Made by a program: the position numbers and the translations under genes. Under the pieces are notes generated by a model. That model had not been told where the DNA came from. It did not search any database and saw only the letters and a list, made by a program, of their open reading frames with translations. Source: the human T2T-CHM13v2.0 reference genome, Homo sapiens. Taken from it: 64,000 bases of DNA. Position 1 is the stretch's first letter. Every line of letters starts with the position of its first letter. This document shows, one piece after another, positions 1 through 15,873 of the stretch. The stretch is from NCBI RefSeq assembly GCF_009914755.1, contig NC_060926.1; one strand, written 5' to 3'.

Positions 1-1610
1 AGGTTGACGGGACTCTATGCTAAGGGCCTCACACAGCAGAGGCGCTGGAGCCAGGAGCTGGGGAGTTCAGAGAACACAGAACTGACTCTTTCCTGATGGG
101 CTAGGGGAGCGAGGGCCTCACAGATATTACCCATGCACAAGCATGGAGTATTGATTAGCCATAGAACAACACAGAGGCTGGGGATTTTAAAAACATGCCT
201 GTGCTTTGGAAACACACAGCATTATGAACGTGTGGTGGGTAGATGAATACAGAACCACAAACCTTAATTTTAAATAAAATGAATTAAATAATCACTCTTC
301 CTTTAGGAATCAAGTGCTTTATTATTCTTTAAATAGGATGAGCTAGAAGAGTAAGCGTCTGCGTTTTTACCCTGTGAAATTAACAAGCGGGAGAGGCCTC
401 TTGCATGGACACCTTTTGTGGTGCAAGGATGCTACTGGCTGGTCGGCAGGGGAGAGCTGCTTGAATTTTCCCAGCAGTGGTGTTGGACCTGAATTATTTG
501 TGTCTTCCTTCTTTTCTGGTCCTTCATGAACGCTCTACTACTCTGGGTTCTGGGGGAAGGTTAGCAGGGACGAAGGGACCCCCACACGGACCCTGTCTGC
601 ATCATGCTCTGCTCCTCTGAGCCCGCTGTCTCCAAACTCCAGGGGAATGGGGTGGTGGCTTTCCCTGACAGCAAGGTTTACCTGAGGCCAGGTGAACATG
701 GAAGGTCTATTCAAAACAGATCTGCCTACTCTAGTTATGTAATTGTATTTTTGACACTTTTCCTCCTTCTCTAGAACAACCTCTCTCTTTCCCCTGCAGT
801 CTGCTGGGCACTGAATCCCACATCCACATGGTGTTGCTGTTATCTGAGTCCACACCCTGTCTTCTTACTGCTGGGCAGTCCCTTCAGCAGAGTTTGCTTT
901 GGTATTAGCTTTATCGCTCCCACAGTTCCTGGCTTGTCCTGGATGTGGTAGGTCCTAGTAAGTGCTGTCAGAAAAATGAATGATCAAAGTGAGTCCACCT
1001 TTGGTTCATCTTGTGCTGGCACCTGGCTGGAGGGGGTCACAGGAGGGTTCCTTTCTGAGAGGATCCAAGCACAGTTCCCTGCCCCCTTCCTCCCTGTCCC
1101 AGAGGAAGAAGTGCTGCTCCTCCCTACAGGGAGGCCTCTCCAGGAAGCATGTGCGTGGTCCTCCTTCCTGCAGGATGTCGATCTACCTACTTCGTTCATT
1201 CTTTCTTCTTTATCATTTGTCCACCACCGTGTGACAACAGCACACGAATGCTTCTCTTCACACTGCTCCCCTCTGACATGTACCTGCACCTTTCCTTTCC
1301 TTTTATGGTAAACTTTTCACATGCAGTCTTCCCTGGGGATGGCACACGGGGGTCACTCTGACCTGAGGTCCAGATGGCAAGTGCACTTTACGCCTCTCTC
1401 CTGCTGTGTGGGAATGCACACTCCCAGCCTCGCCCCTGAATCCTCCTGAGGTGGAGTGTGCTTGCTATCCTTGGTCTACACTCTGCTGCTACTTCATCCA
1501 TCTCAATCACATTTCTCAAACTTCTGCAGCATGTGCAGCTCCTATCCCTCTCTCCTCTTCTCACATCTGTCTCTCGGCGTCAACAAGAGGCTTTTACTCA
1601 AGAAACCCTT

Positions 1611-1923
1611 CCGGGCGTGGTGGCTCACACCTGTAATTCCAGCACTTTGGGAGGCTGAGGCGGGCGGATCACAAGGTCAGGAGTTCGAGACCAGCCTCAC
1701 CAATATGGTGAAACCCCGTCTCTACTAAAAATACAAAAATTAGCCAGCCGTGGTGGCATGCACCTGTAATCCCAGCTACTCAGGAGGCTGAAGCAGGAGC
1801 ATCACTTGATCCCACGGGGCGGAGGTTGCAGTGAGCCGAGATTACGCCATTGCACTCCAGCCTGGGCGACAGAGCGAGACTCTGTCTAAAAAAAAAACAA
1901 AAACGAAAACAAAAACAAAAAAA
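1611..1923 (+). mobile_element. Alu (AluS-type), full length
   Basis: ccgggcgtggtggctcacacctgtaat...ctactaaaaatacaaaaattagcc...gagactctgtct followed by an A-rich tail; flanked by aaaccct on both sides. Confidence 0.95.
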
Positions 1924-1999
1924 CCCTGTGACCCCTGCAGTTCTTCCTCTCAGACACACGGGGCTTTATCAGAAACACCTTCCTCTCCTGGTTTTCTGT

Positions 2000-2800
2000 T
2001 TCTCTGATTTTCCTCCACCTGCTCCTGTTTCTGTGCGTCATCTTACCATACATTCATGGCCAAACTTCCCATGTATGGACCCTCCTTCATTCCTGCTTTA
2101 TGCCTCCTCCCTAAGCAATTCCACCATCAGTTTCCACGAATGCTACTCCAAGGACGGTATCCAGGTAGCCACCTCTGCACCTGACCTCCCCAGGCCTCCA
2201 GAGCCACCTTCCCAAACCCTGCAGAATATCATGCAGCTCCTCCAACTCAAGTGGGAAGAATACAAGTCCCGGTTCTCCACCAAATGTGGCCCTGCTGCTC
2301 AGCTTTCTGTACAGATTATCGGCCCTGGCGTCCTTAAGTTCACCGAGGCTATAATCCCTGGCATCCTCTTGGTCTCCCCTCTTCTCTTACTCCTCACGTG
2401 TGCTGCCCTCCACAGCCTGCCCGCCTATCTCTGGATGTTTCGTGAATCTGCCCCAGCTTTTCCATTCCCACAACCACTGTCTTTTCCATGCCCTGATCTC
2501 TTGTGTGGACTTTTACAACAGCCTTTAGAAAATGCTGTGGGTTCCTCGCCTCTCACACAGGACAGCTGGAGCATCACCTCACGGCGGCCTTGGGGGCCCT
2601 GGGAGCAGTTCTCCATCCCGCCTAGACCATGCTGTGGAGTCCCCACCGTGCAGAGCCCCGGCCTCGTGCAGAGCCCCGGCCTCATGCCCATGTCCTTCTC
2701 TCAGCCGGGCTGGGAGCTCTCTGAGGGCCAGTACAGTGTCTCGGGCAATGGCGTGTCCTCAGTGGTCCTGACACAGTGTGCTGCTGGTTTCTTTATGGAA
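2000..2800 (+). mobile_element. Degraded L2 fragments
   Basis: Pyrimidine-rich degenerate similarity to the L2 3' region, ending in a ...cctgacacagtgtgctgc-like motif; boundaries approximate. Confidence 0.4.
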
Positions 2801-4795
2801 TTTAGTTGGACAGAAATGATGATTAGGGGAAACTAGCCCAGAAAAAAAAAATTAAAAGCCTTCTATGGATGGAATTCTCTAATTGTTTTAGTAAATGCTT
2901 GTGGTGTTATAAAGAATCGCACAGGAGCAAAGGCTGAGAAGCCTCCTCTGTATTGTCTGGCATGCACCTGTGCCGCCCATGTCAGAGCTGACTCTCCTTG
3001 CCTCCGAGAGCGATCTGGCCCTGGGAGGCACCTGCAGCCGGCGCGAAGGGCACCTTGCCAGTCCCACTCCACAGTCCCACTTCATTTAGGCCTGTCCTGT
3101 GAAAACAGGGAGTCAGAAGAATTTCCCATCCATAAAAAGGAGCTGATAATCTACCTTGAAGGTGAAAATGTAGGTCTTATAAAACACATAAAGAAACTCT
3201 TTCTTCTTAAAACACTAGAGCTTGGTCCTCCTGCCTCACTTTGCAGATGAGGAAGATGAAGTACAGAGAGCTGCAAGGTGCTGGGTGTCACATCGTGTGT
3301 TCAGACAGAAACTGGAACACCAAACTCAGGTTTCAGAGGAGACAGACAGGCTCAGAGGTCAGTCGGATACGGATTTACATCTTAGCCCGGAGCTTACTTG
3401 AGTAAGTTAGTACCTGCTCAGATTTGTTTAAGAAGATATGGCATATCCTCAATTTGCCAGGCATTGGCTAACCTCTGGAAAGAAAGGGTGGCAGAGTCTC
3501 TGACTCTCATCTTCCTCATCCGAATGAAAGGGGGGGTGTTGCCCTGCAGTGTCGATTGCGGGTTCAGTGAACTTGTGTTTGCTGGGTGTGAGCTGCGTCC
3601 CAGCACCAAGTGTGTGCTGGGTACATGGAAGCTGTTGTCAAACCATGCTGTCTTCCTGCTCATGTAACACACGGGATTGGAGCCACTCGCTCTGATTTGT
3701 TTATTTTTATGGCTCTTCAGGCTTGTTCACAAGATGGTTACAAAACACACAAGTTTGCTATTTTGAGGAGCCATTTGAAAACCTGGAGCCATAATTGCAT
3801 CTAAAGATCTTTCACTAGAAAATGTTCAGCAAAAACTTCCTAAGTCCCAAATGCTCCTGAGAACGTTTCTTTGTGCTGACAGGTTTTGCTCTCAAGTATC
3901 TCAAAGTTACCCATTTTAATGGGACAGTCCTCAAAAGGGCCTTAAAGTAGTTAACTGGTCATCTTGTCATCTCTCAAGCCATGTTATGACATGTTCCCCA
4001 CTAGAAACTGTGTCTTAGACAGTAAGGGAAACTCTTCCCATGCCGTAGACTCAAAACCAGAACCTTAAACTCATATACTCATTTCTGAGAATGTGTCTTT
4101 TCCCTGAACCATCAATTCTAGCTGCGGTATTTAATTTATTGGCATACTTTATGTGCTGAAAGGATAAACAAAAAAAGATGTATATCATTTCAATTCTAAA
4201 AAAATTTAGCTATATTCATGGACTTATTCCACATGATCAGAACCTAATTAATTAAAAAGAATGCTTAAGATCAAAACCCATCTGATTTCAACCTCCTTCC
4301 TTATTGAAGAACCTATAGTGTTGAAATGTCGAGACAACTATGACATGAGACAGACTTTACAGGTGAAATGCAATAAAACTTCAGATCTAAATATGCATTT
4401 GGATGATGTACAGAAATCCAGATATTTGGGCAAGAAATGTCTGTCTCAAGGCCTCTCTCCTCTGGGATTCCTGGCAGTTTCATGCTGGAAGGGACGTCTT
4501 AGAGGCCATCGAATTCAATTCTGTAATTACGAGAAAAGATGCCTGGAAGCAACCTGCCCAAGGTCACAGAGCAGGTCAGAGCTGAACTCAGGACTAGAAC
4601 CCAGGCCTGTGCAGGAGCTTTGTTAGGGGCGGTGGGCTTCATGGTGCACCACTCTCCTGGGGCTGTGCCATTGGCATGCCCACGAATCCTGGATCAGTTG
4701 CCCATCAAGTTAAGTAGGGGCCTAGTTAAATCAGGTCGCACCGAGCCGTACAATGGAGATGATGTCAGGTAAGAGGGATGACAGAGACAGAGTCA

Positions 4796-5032
<237 letters not shown>

Positions 5033-7339
5033 TTATTTCACAATCTGAAGAAACCTTGCTAAAGAAAGAAATAAAGCAGGTGTCGGGGGCTAGGCTGTGA
5101 CATCAGACTTTTGCTTAGATAGTTCTTTGGTTTTGGGTGACTTTTTTCAACCTTACACAGTATAATCATGAATCATAAAGTATTTTAATTTTTATTCTAA
5201 AGAAAAGAAAAGCCTACCCCTCACCTTAACTCTGATTCATTATTTTCCCGTGTGTTACATGATAAGCTGTGTTGCTCAAAGGAATCAACGTAAATCGTGA
5301 TGAGACAGTGACCTTCTTAGAGAACGAAATTCTGTGCCATCATCATTCAGCAATTTTCCATGAAATTCAACCAGAGAGTGTCATTCCATTCAAAAACTCT
5401 TTAGCTGAATTTCTTTCTTATTGAGTGCTCTGATCGCATACACTAGAAGCTGCAGGATTTTACTGACATTGAAATTTGCTCTCCGGAGGTCAAGTGACAT
5501 TGTTTCGTAGCACACCAATTCAGCGCTTTTCTGAAAATAAACTGAACTCTCAGAAGGCACTGTAAGCAAATGACCAAAAAGGTGGAAAGCCCACCTGACA
5601 GAGGTGACGGGTAATCAACATGTTTCAGAAGCCACGGGAGCAGCCTTTTGTTTTGATTTCTTCATCTGTACTTGGAACCAGAGGAAGGCTCGTAGAATGC
5701 CGTGCATGCATACACAAAATTAAGAAGTAATGGGTTTCTACAGCCCTGTCGGCTTCTCTGCAAGTACCAGTCAAGGGCAAATTAGGGCAGAGCTTCGGTT
5801 AAAAAAAAATTCAATACTAGAGGCCAGAAATGTAATGATATTGCTAATAAAATTATTTCTATACCCAGAATTGACTACAGTTCATAAATATGCAATATAA
5901 TAACTTCAGATAATATTTCTAAAGTAAAGCTCAGACCAAACAGTAAATCTAAGTGTGCAAAACACTGTATTTTTAGCCAGTTTTTGAAAACCAGTTGCTC
6001 AGATCACCAACAGATAGCGATTATTATTATTTAGTCCAGAAATGCAATAGTTAAATTTTCTTTAGGGATTAGTTCTTTTTGATATTCCATTAATCAGGCC
6101 AATCATGATTGCTAGAAAATACATGTTTTACTTTCAGTTAAGAATTCACTTTATATCAATAAAAGCTGGATTTAGAATTTTTTGAACTTTTACGGACTTT
6201 TCATTCGTTCAGGTGAACTTCAAATAGACAAAGGACTAGCAGGAATAGACAAATGCCATCATGTTCATATAAAAACACTCCCCTTTTCTTTTTTAGCTAG
6301 CATCTTATTCTGCATAATGTGCCTCTCCTGTACTGGAAACTCTTAAGCCAGCACTGGTGTTGAGGGAAATACCATTTGTACAATCATCCGTTACTTTCCT
6401 ACCATTATGTCAAGAAGAATCTTTGAGAACAAATCTAAAATTATGTGGTTGTGGCTTCAATTTCTAATTACATTACTGAAACTTCTCTTACACCTGCAAA
6501 CAAAAATGCCTAGCACTTTATTGCCTTTTCAGTAATTTCATAATAATGTTGGTATAAATTACTGTAGATATAAATCACTACAAATATAAAGTAGTAAGTG
6601 CACAGTAACAGTTTCAAAAGAAATACTGACAATCATAAACTTGAGATAAGAGATTTTGAACTAGATGTAAATGGCTAGTGGCTGGTGCAAAAAAGTGTAA
6701 GGTGTATCTATTATTCGTCCTTAAGTGACCCTATTTTACCACGACACTTAGGATTACCTAACAAAATATATGACTTCACAGATATCGAAAGTGTTGTGAA
6801 ATTAAGTAGGGATTTGCATGAAAACAATGTGGCTCCAAAGCATTTTGGGTTTTGGAAGACGACAAGGGTATAGTCTCCTCTCGATGCATGAGGTCCTGGT
6901 TGAGGTGGGGTCATGCTATTTGCCTTCACCGTTACCTCCCCTTGGTTTCTTTTCTCTTGCAATCTCAAAAGCAAACATACAAGCAAACACAAAATAACCA
7001 AGCAAGCAAAGGGACCAACAATTTAACCAAACACCTTTTGCAACAACTTACAGAAAAAAAAAGTGCGCTGTTTAGCTTGCTCCCTTCCCTCTGTTAGAGC
7101 AGGCAATTGGGTAGATGACAGAGGAGGTCCATGATCCAGGCCTTTTGCATTAGCTCAAGATTTTGGAAATGTTACTCGTTGATAATTTAAATCAGTTTGA
7201 GAAGATTGTGTAGAAATGAGAATACAAGTGTTCTCTCCATTTTTAATAAAATAACAGAGTGTCTGAAAATAGAGCCTGTTGACATGCTAGTGGTTGCAGG
7301 AATTCTCTGTTGGCTGTGTTGGTGAGATAGTACCACAAT

Positions 7340-7601
<262 letters not shown>

Positions 7602-8042
7602 ACTATTTTTTTAAGGGAGTTTCTTTGCTCCACTTTGTTGGCCTTGCTTGGCTGCATGTATTTGGTTCTGAATATAACTACAGACATCTCGAAGGACATT
7701 TGGAATAATGTGGAAGACACTGACAGATACGGAAATGAGCTTTGGTCAGAGCAGGAAGACCTGGAACAGCTGGGTGAGACTGGAGTCAAGGCCTTCTGCT
7801 TACAGGAAAGTCCAAATCTGCAACCTTTCCTCCCATGAGGGAAAAAGCACATCTCAGTTCTTACTGTTCATTCCCACCCAACCCCCATTTATACAGGGGA
7901 AGCAAGCACCTTGAATTCCATTTTCTTGCAAACAAAACAAAACAACAAAACAAAAAACAAAACGAGTCAAAATTTGCATAAAGCCGCTGAACTTAAAGGG
8001 ACCAAGAAACCAAAGAAGCCACCGCAACACAGAATTTGCAAA

Positions 8043-8241
8043 AAGCTCAATCTGCCTTCTCTTGACACAGCACACCCTCCATTACTTCACGCCCAAACTC
8101 CATCCTCAGATTTAGGATCCGGGAGTCTAAAACATAAGCCTAAGCTCAATCAGCCTTCCCTTGACACAGCACACGCTACATTACTTCATGCCCAAACTCC
8201 ATCCTCAGATCTAGGATCTGGGAGTCTAAAACATAAGCCTA
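8043..8241. repeat. Tandem duplication, 99-bp unit x2
   Basis: aagctcaatc..ttgacacagcacac..gagtctaaaacataagcct repeated at a 99-bp offset; gives the 33-aa repeat in ORF 7911..8261. Confidence 0.9.
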
Positions 8242-9906
8242 AAATATATTTGTCCAACTGAGCAATCACATGAAAAGAAGACACTATTTCTTCCCCAAAA
8301 TAAAAATGTTTCATTCCTGTATGATTCTCAAAAATTCAACTAAAAATTTCTAATAGATAATTTTAGCCCATCTTGTTAACGATGATGGCACTATAATTTT
8401 AAACATGCATGCTATGTTCCGTAGTCTTTAAAATGCCCAAATCAGGCCTGAAGCTCTACTGAGCTAGAGAGTCTACTGATTCTCTTTCCTCTAAAAAACA
8501 ATCCCTTCGCTACATAACAACACTGCAACGGGCAAAGCTTCACCTTGCGACTGAAACGCTGTCTGTGCCCAGGCACCTGCCGAGAGTCCCCGAGCCTCTG
8601 GCTAAGGTACCTCTACAGTTTGCATTTGGCTGTAGCGATGCCTAGCTTGCCGCAGAAGGTAGGTGCACACATTGAGAGGAGAATACACGTCTGTGCCACA
8701 GTGGGAAAAAGTGCAGTTTTTCTGATTGCTTGAAATTTATACAGCAACTGATTTTCAAGTAAATTCCTGAACCTCACTATTGGGTTCGCAGTGAGGAAAC
8801 TCAGGATTCGTAGTGAATAGAATGTAATAAAAAACATAAAAGGATCTTTTGGGTGCTAACATAGAGGGATTTAATGAACTGCCAATTTCATGTTTTAAAT
8901 TGCTTCTTACTGAGTTCTAAAAGAATATTGTGATGGAGATATCCACAAAGTCAAGGTTATGCATGAGGCTGAATTAGAACCTGCCTCATATTGAAAGTGG
9001 ACACCGTCTTCTTTACAAACATGAAGACAATCATTCAGGTTGGAGATACATATACACATGATCTACTTACATACATATAGTATACATATATATGTAAAGA
9101 TAGCTAAATACATTGACATATGCAAACATGTGCCCACATATTTCGTAAAAGAAAACTCAGCTCAAACTATCATATTGGATAGTTTTTGAGTGTTTTATAA
9201 TAAATTAATATTTGAGAAAAGCGCCATAACTGTTTCCACAATGGAATGGAATCAGTTAAAAGGAATGAATATCCTAAAGAAATTGCTATTGATCTTAGCT
9301 GAGGCCACACCATGCCTTGCATAGCAAATGGTTTCCATTACCTTACTATCTTAAGATAATTAATGTGCAGTCACTGCCCTTATCTTATGTTATCGGTCAT
9401 TCAGTTACTGTTCAATTTCTATCAGGGGTGTTTTCTACGAGGGCAGTTTCATCAATAACTGTCACTTGCTGATAATTTTACAAATCATGATGCCATTTCC
9501 CCAATCCAATTTATAAAATGTGTGCTTTATCTCGGATTGACTAATTGTTACATAAACCCTTGCCACTCAGCATAGATTGTGGTTCATTTATAATAGCACA
9601 GGCTTACCCTAATATTTTCTATCAAGTGATGTGTCTGTGCTTTACCCCTGTCTTCCCAAGGAATGCATTTCCCACTGAAATATCCTACTATTCATCTGCT
9701 CTAGTAATATGATGTTAAGCTGCTTTATGTATTTCTCAGACAAATATTTTATTTGCTTGTCAGAAACGTAATCACAAAATATCCTTCTGGAATCAACTCT
9801 AAGAATGTGCAGTAGAGACATAATTCAGTGTGAGTCACACTTTAACTGTAGACTACCACCAACATCCTTTACCCTAGCTCATGTTTTCATGAGGCAACTT
9901 ACGTTA

Positions 9907-10947
<1,041 letters not shown>

Positions 10948-13900
10948 CTAGAACTGGAAGCTTAGTTGCAACAGCATGGATAGCACGTTAACTGCAAGTC
11001 AAACCGTCTATCATCTCACAGAACTGTAAGTCCCATTTGCAGCTGGGTTGAAAAAGTTGACATAAAGAAAACGGATGTTGCTAAAAAGCAGAAGGCCATT
11101 TAAAATACTTGTTGTGAATTATTAATTTCTTTAATGGATCTTAAGATAAACCAGTCAATGTGGCAAATATGATTTTAAAAATTAATTTTGTATTTTTCAT
11201 ACATTTCAAGAATGACTTATTTTCTCCATTGGCTTGCTTTATCTATAGCCTCGCCAGATGTGTATTAACTGTGCTCCTCACATTACTAGGCTTTCTAAGA
11301 GTTCATGAACTTTACTTGTTGCCAACTCTGAAGCAGATGTTTGCAGCAATTGCTTTTAAATGGTCTATTTTCACAGTGGCGTGTAGGCAACACAGAGGAC
11401 AGCCTCAGGTTCCTGAGAGTCAGGCAGGGGTGCCGGCTGCATTGGGAGCTCAGATTCATAAGCACATGTTGGGGCTGAATTAAGAGTTCTTTTGAATCCA
11501 TACCTTCAAGACAATTTATCATGATACACAGTGAAACAACAGAAATTCCATAGTAAATGTTTAGACAGTAAATCTGATTCCTCTGTCTGTGTCTCCACAG
11601 GTTTGAAAGTGAGAGAGAGAGAAAGCGTGCAGCAGCCAAAGGCCTATAAAAGGCGGGGTTGAGGTAAGTTGGTACAGCTACTGCACAGTGTTTGACTGGA
11701 CAGGCAGAGCTGGCACATTCCTCCATCTCACAGCCTCAGGAAAAGCTTGGTGAGCGGGTATAATGTGTGAGTAAGTGTCATGCTTAATCTCAAAAACGTA
11801 TTTAGAAAAACTCTTTAAAAAGACCATGTTAAAAATTACATAAAACCCCTATGTTTTATCTCAAACATATTCTGTTTCACACTCAAAGAGCATTTGGGAT
11901 TTGTACCTCTAATCACCATGCTAGGTCATTGCTTCCATGTACATTGCAAAATATGAGTAATAATAAAAGGGTTCCTAAATGTATCTGTACCCTTAGATTA
12001 GATTTGGTTAACTGCATGCCATTTTCACATCTGTTCTTTGTTTTTATGATTAAAAATCCAGAGTAAGAAAAATGTCTAAAGTTTATTAACAATTTAAAGA
12101 AATGAGGTATATTGACCTCTACAAAATACCAGTACACTAAAAACTGAGATATGGGGGCTCTGGTGTTTTCTCTATGGATTTTATGCAGAAAAGGTTGGTG
12201 GAAAAAAGACTTGGAGTTCAATATGTCAATAACAGAAAATAATATCCTTATTATCCCACGCTGAAGGAACAAATATTTAAGATCTGACACACCTTTCTAA
12301 ACTTCGGCAAATCAAATTTACCTTTTATTAGACATAGAGAATCGCTAATTGTGTGAAACAAATATTGCCCTTCTTCTGGATAATTCCTATAAATCATCTT
12401 CTTTATTATAAGGATAAAAGTATTCCCCAAGAGCAGCAAAAAGAAAGAAAATCAAACTAGTGAATGAATCAGAAACATTGTGGAAGTATTAATCTCCAAC
12501 ATACCCCTTGCTATACCCTAGTGTTTAAGCTTTTAGGACTTGAAGTCAATCCCATTTTAATTAATATTTGGAAATATTCTCCTCTCAATTTATGCACTTT
12601 GTTATATTCATGGGCTGTGATTACAGAAGTTTCCTCAGAATAACCAAGCTGTGTTACCTCTGCACAATAGGTAAGTTTTAACAGCCAGAATCACTATGTC
12701 TATGAAGACCCAACCACGAGATGAATGATAAGCTATGATTTGAAAACAAAAAAGCACAGGCCACATGTTGGAGCATTTTGAAAGTTGAGTCAAAGAAGAA
12801 ACCACAGTCAAGCAACACTATTTTCATGATGTTCTCCTACATTTCCTTTATGGAACTCATTGTGTGGTCCTGAAGAATTTGGAAAAGAAGCAAGACCTTG
12901 AAAGTGGTGAACAAGGAAAGAAAAAGCCTGTCTAATCCTCCTTGCTGCTTCTACAGCCACAAAAAGCCTGCAGGGGGAACAGGTCCTGGTTCCCACCTTA
13001 TGAACTTCCTCACCTTCCTACAAATGTGTTATGTACAACATTGGTCATTCTCCACATTCCAAATCTCAGGATTAGCTTCAGTTTGTTCCCCCCTACATTC
13101 TCCCTTCAGCAGCACGTAGTTAAGAAGTACATCTCACCTTTTTGATAATCAGACATTTATCTGTTTCTCCACTCAATTCATAAGTTACCTTCCCCCGACA
13201 AAATTAAAACAAAAATGGACAAGCCTCTTCACACAGGGTCACAGCCATGCTGACGGGTGAAGCTGAGAGCAGCCAAGGAGAAAGTCCCTGAACCGTCTGG
13301 AGACCGGCAGAACGCGGACCACCTCCGATGCATCTCCAGCTTTATACTCTAATCACAAAGCACACTGAGGGCACGGTTCGTCCTCATACCGCATTGATAT
13401 GAAATTAGAAGTTCTACAGCTCGGCGCCCATCATGACTTGGCTGCTTTCTAATTGTGTGATGCTGGTGACCCAAGTCTCCAAGACTTAATTAGCTCAGTG
13501 GGGATAGTAAAACTTCCTGGCCCTTTGTCAGATCTCCTACAAGAACCATGTCACAGGATATGCCTCCTAAAGACTGCAGTTTGCTGTCTTATCATTGGCC
13601 CCAGAGCCGACTGCTGGGGAGAGCAGCCCGTTGGTAGAAGAAATCTGGAAACAGGCAGTGGAAAGCATATTGGCATCTGAGCACAGAGCCTGCCGTGTGC
13701 TTCTACCCTTCTTCAAAGTTCCTCCTGCTCAGTGTCATCTGAGCCTCTCCCAGCGGCAGCAAATGTGGGGACGGCGGGTGAAGATGGCGTGGGTGGCCTC
13801 AAAGCCTGGCAGGTGAATGGAATTTCTCAAGCTACCGGTATTTAACTCTTTTAAAACACATGTGAAATGAAGTCAGCTCCTAATTATGTGGGCTCATGGA

Positions 13901-14191
13901 GGGGAACAGCCAGTCAATCCATCAACAAGCAGGCTCTGAATCCCTGCTGGGCATCAGCCTCATCTGGAATTCAAAGTCATTCACAGTGAGCTTTTGGGAT
14001 TCCCTCCCTGGTTGTACACACTCCCTTCCAGGTATGCTTTTCTGAGGCTAATAATGAAATTAGTCACATGATGGCATGGGCTATGGGAACTAGATCAGAA
14101 TTTTCTGGGCCAGTCTGGGGTTGAAAATGTGATACAAACAATCCACAAAATGAACATTCCAACCTCAAAAAGCAGGAGGCCATTTTACTAG

Positions 14192-14473
<282 letters not shown>

Positions 14474-15525
14474 TCCATTTTACTAGTTTCTATATAGTGA
14501 CTATTGTTCTATCAAATAGGGAGAATGTATGTGTGATAAAAGAGCAATTTATCAGGAAATTATCTTAAAGGACAAGTTTATGTTCTAAGTAAAAACACAT
14601 ATTTAGATGGAGGTTTAAAGAGAAGAACAAAGCATTCTCAGCTCCCTTTTTTTGGTTTTCTATTTTAAATCTGTCATCCAGCAAAGCCACAGAGCAACAG
14701 ACTCTGAGCAGGAGCCTCCTGTGAGCGGGGGCCAGCCTGGGGCTGACCGCTGGGTGGACTCACAGAGTTACCGCACTGGCACGGAAATCAGAGAAGAGCT
14801 GGCCCAACTACTCCAGGTGAGAAAATTGAGCCCAGAAGACAGAGCCCATTCAGTGGCTGATCTCATGGGCTCTTCTTCCTTCCTATCAGCCAGTTATTCT
14901 ACAAACCTGACTTCTGTTGCATTACACATGAGATTTCAACACCTCCATGAGTGAGATTTATGAAACGTTTTAGGGTTGAATTTTATCTCTTTTGAGTCAG
15001 ATTGTTATAAACAATTTATGCTCCATAGTTACAATTAGAAAATGAAAACATCTTCTTAAACAAAAGAAACGTGGTTGCTGTGGGCCATTTATCCTCCACC
15101 CTCCTCACTAGAGTCTGGTAGAGTCAGAACTCTGGATTACAACTTTATATACAGGCTTGGCTTCTTAGTGTCTCTCCCTAAGATACACAACTTTTGATTC
15201 CTGCAACATCTAGTCCTGATTGAGCTACTGTTCTTTCTGGTCACTGACACAGGACCCAGGCAAGTAAACGTACAGCTGAATAGAAAACATAGAGGAAGCC
15301 ACAGGAGGGGACTGTACTCCAAAGCAAAAATCGCCCTAGACTTCCCCGGGTCGGAGGAGACCTGGTCTGCAGGTGCACTCCAGTGAGTTTCAAATAATGA
15401 AGGACCACTGCTTTCTATGGCTTTACAGAGGTGGTGTTTTGTTACATAAATAAATCAATATCAAAATATATTTTGACTTATAAATACAGAAATATGACAA
15501 TGCATTCATTCTAATGAAAAGATGA

Positions 15526-15873
<348 letters not shown>

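Noticed and set aside
1850-2836. 328-aa + strand ORF
   Set aside because: Starts at a TTG inside an Alu, runs through the A-tail and L2-like sequence, has no recognisable domain and is antisense to MYT1L.
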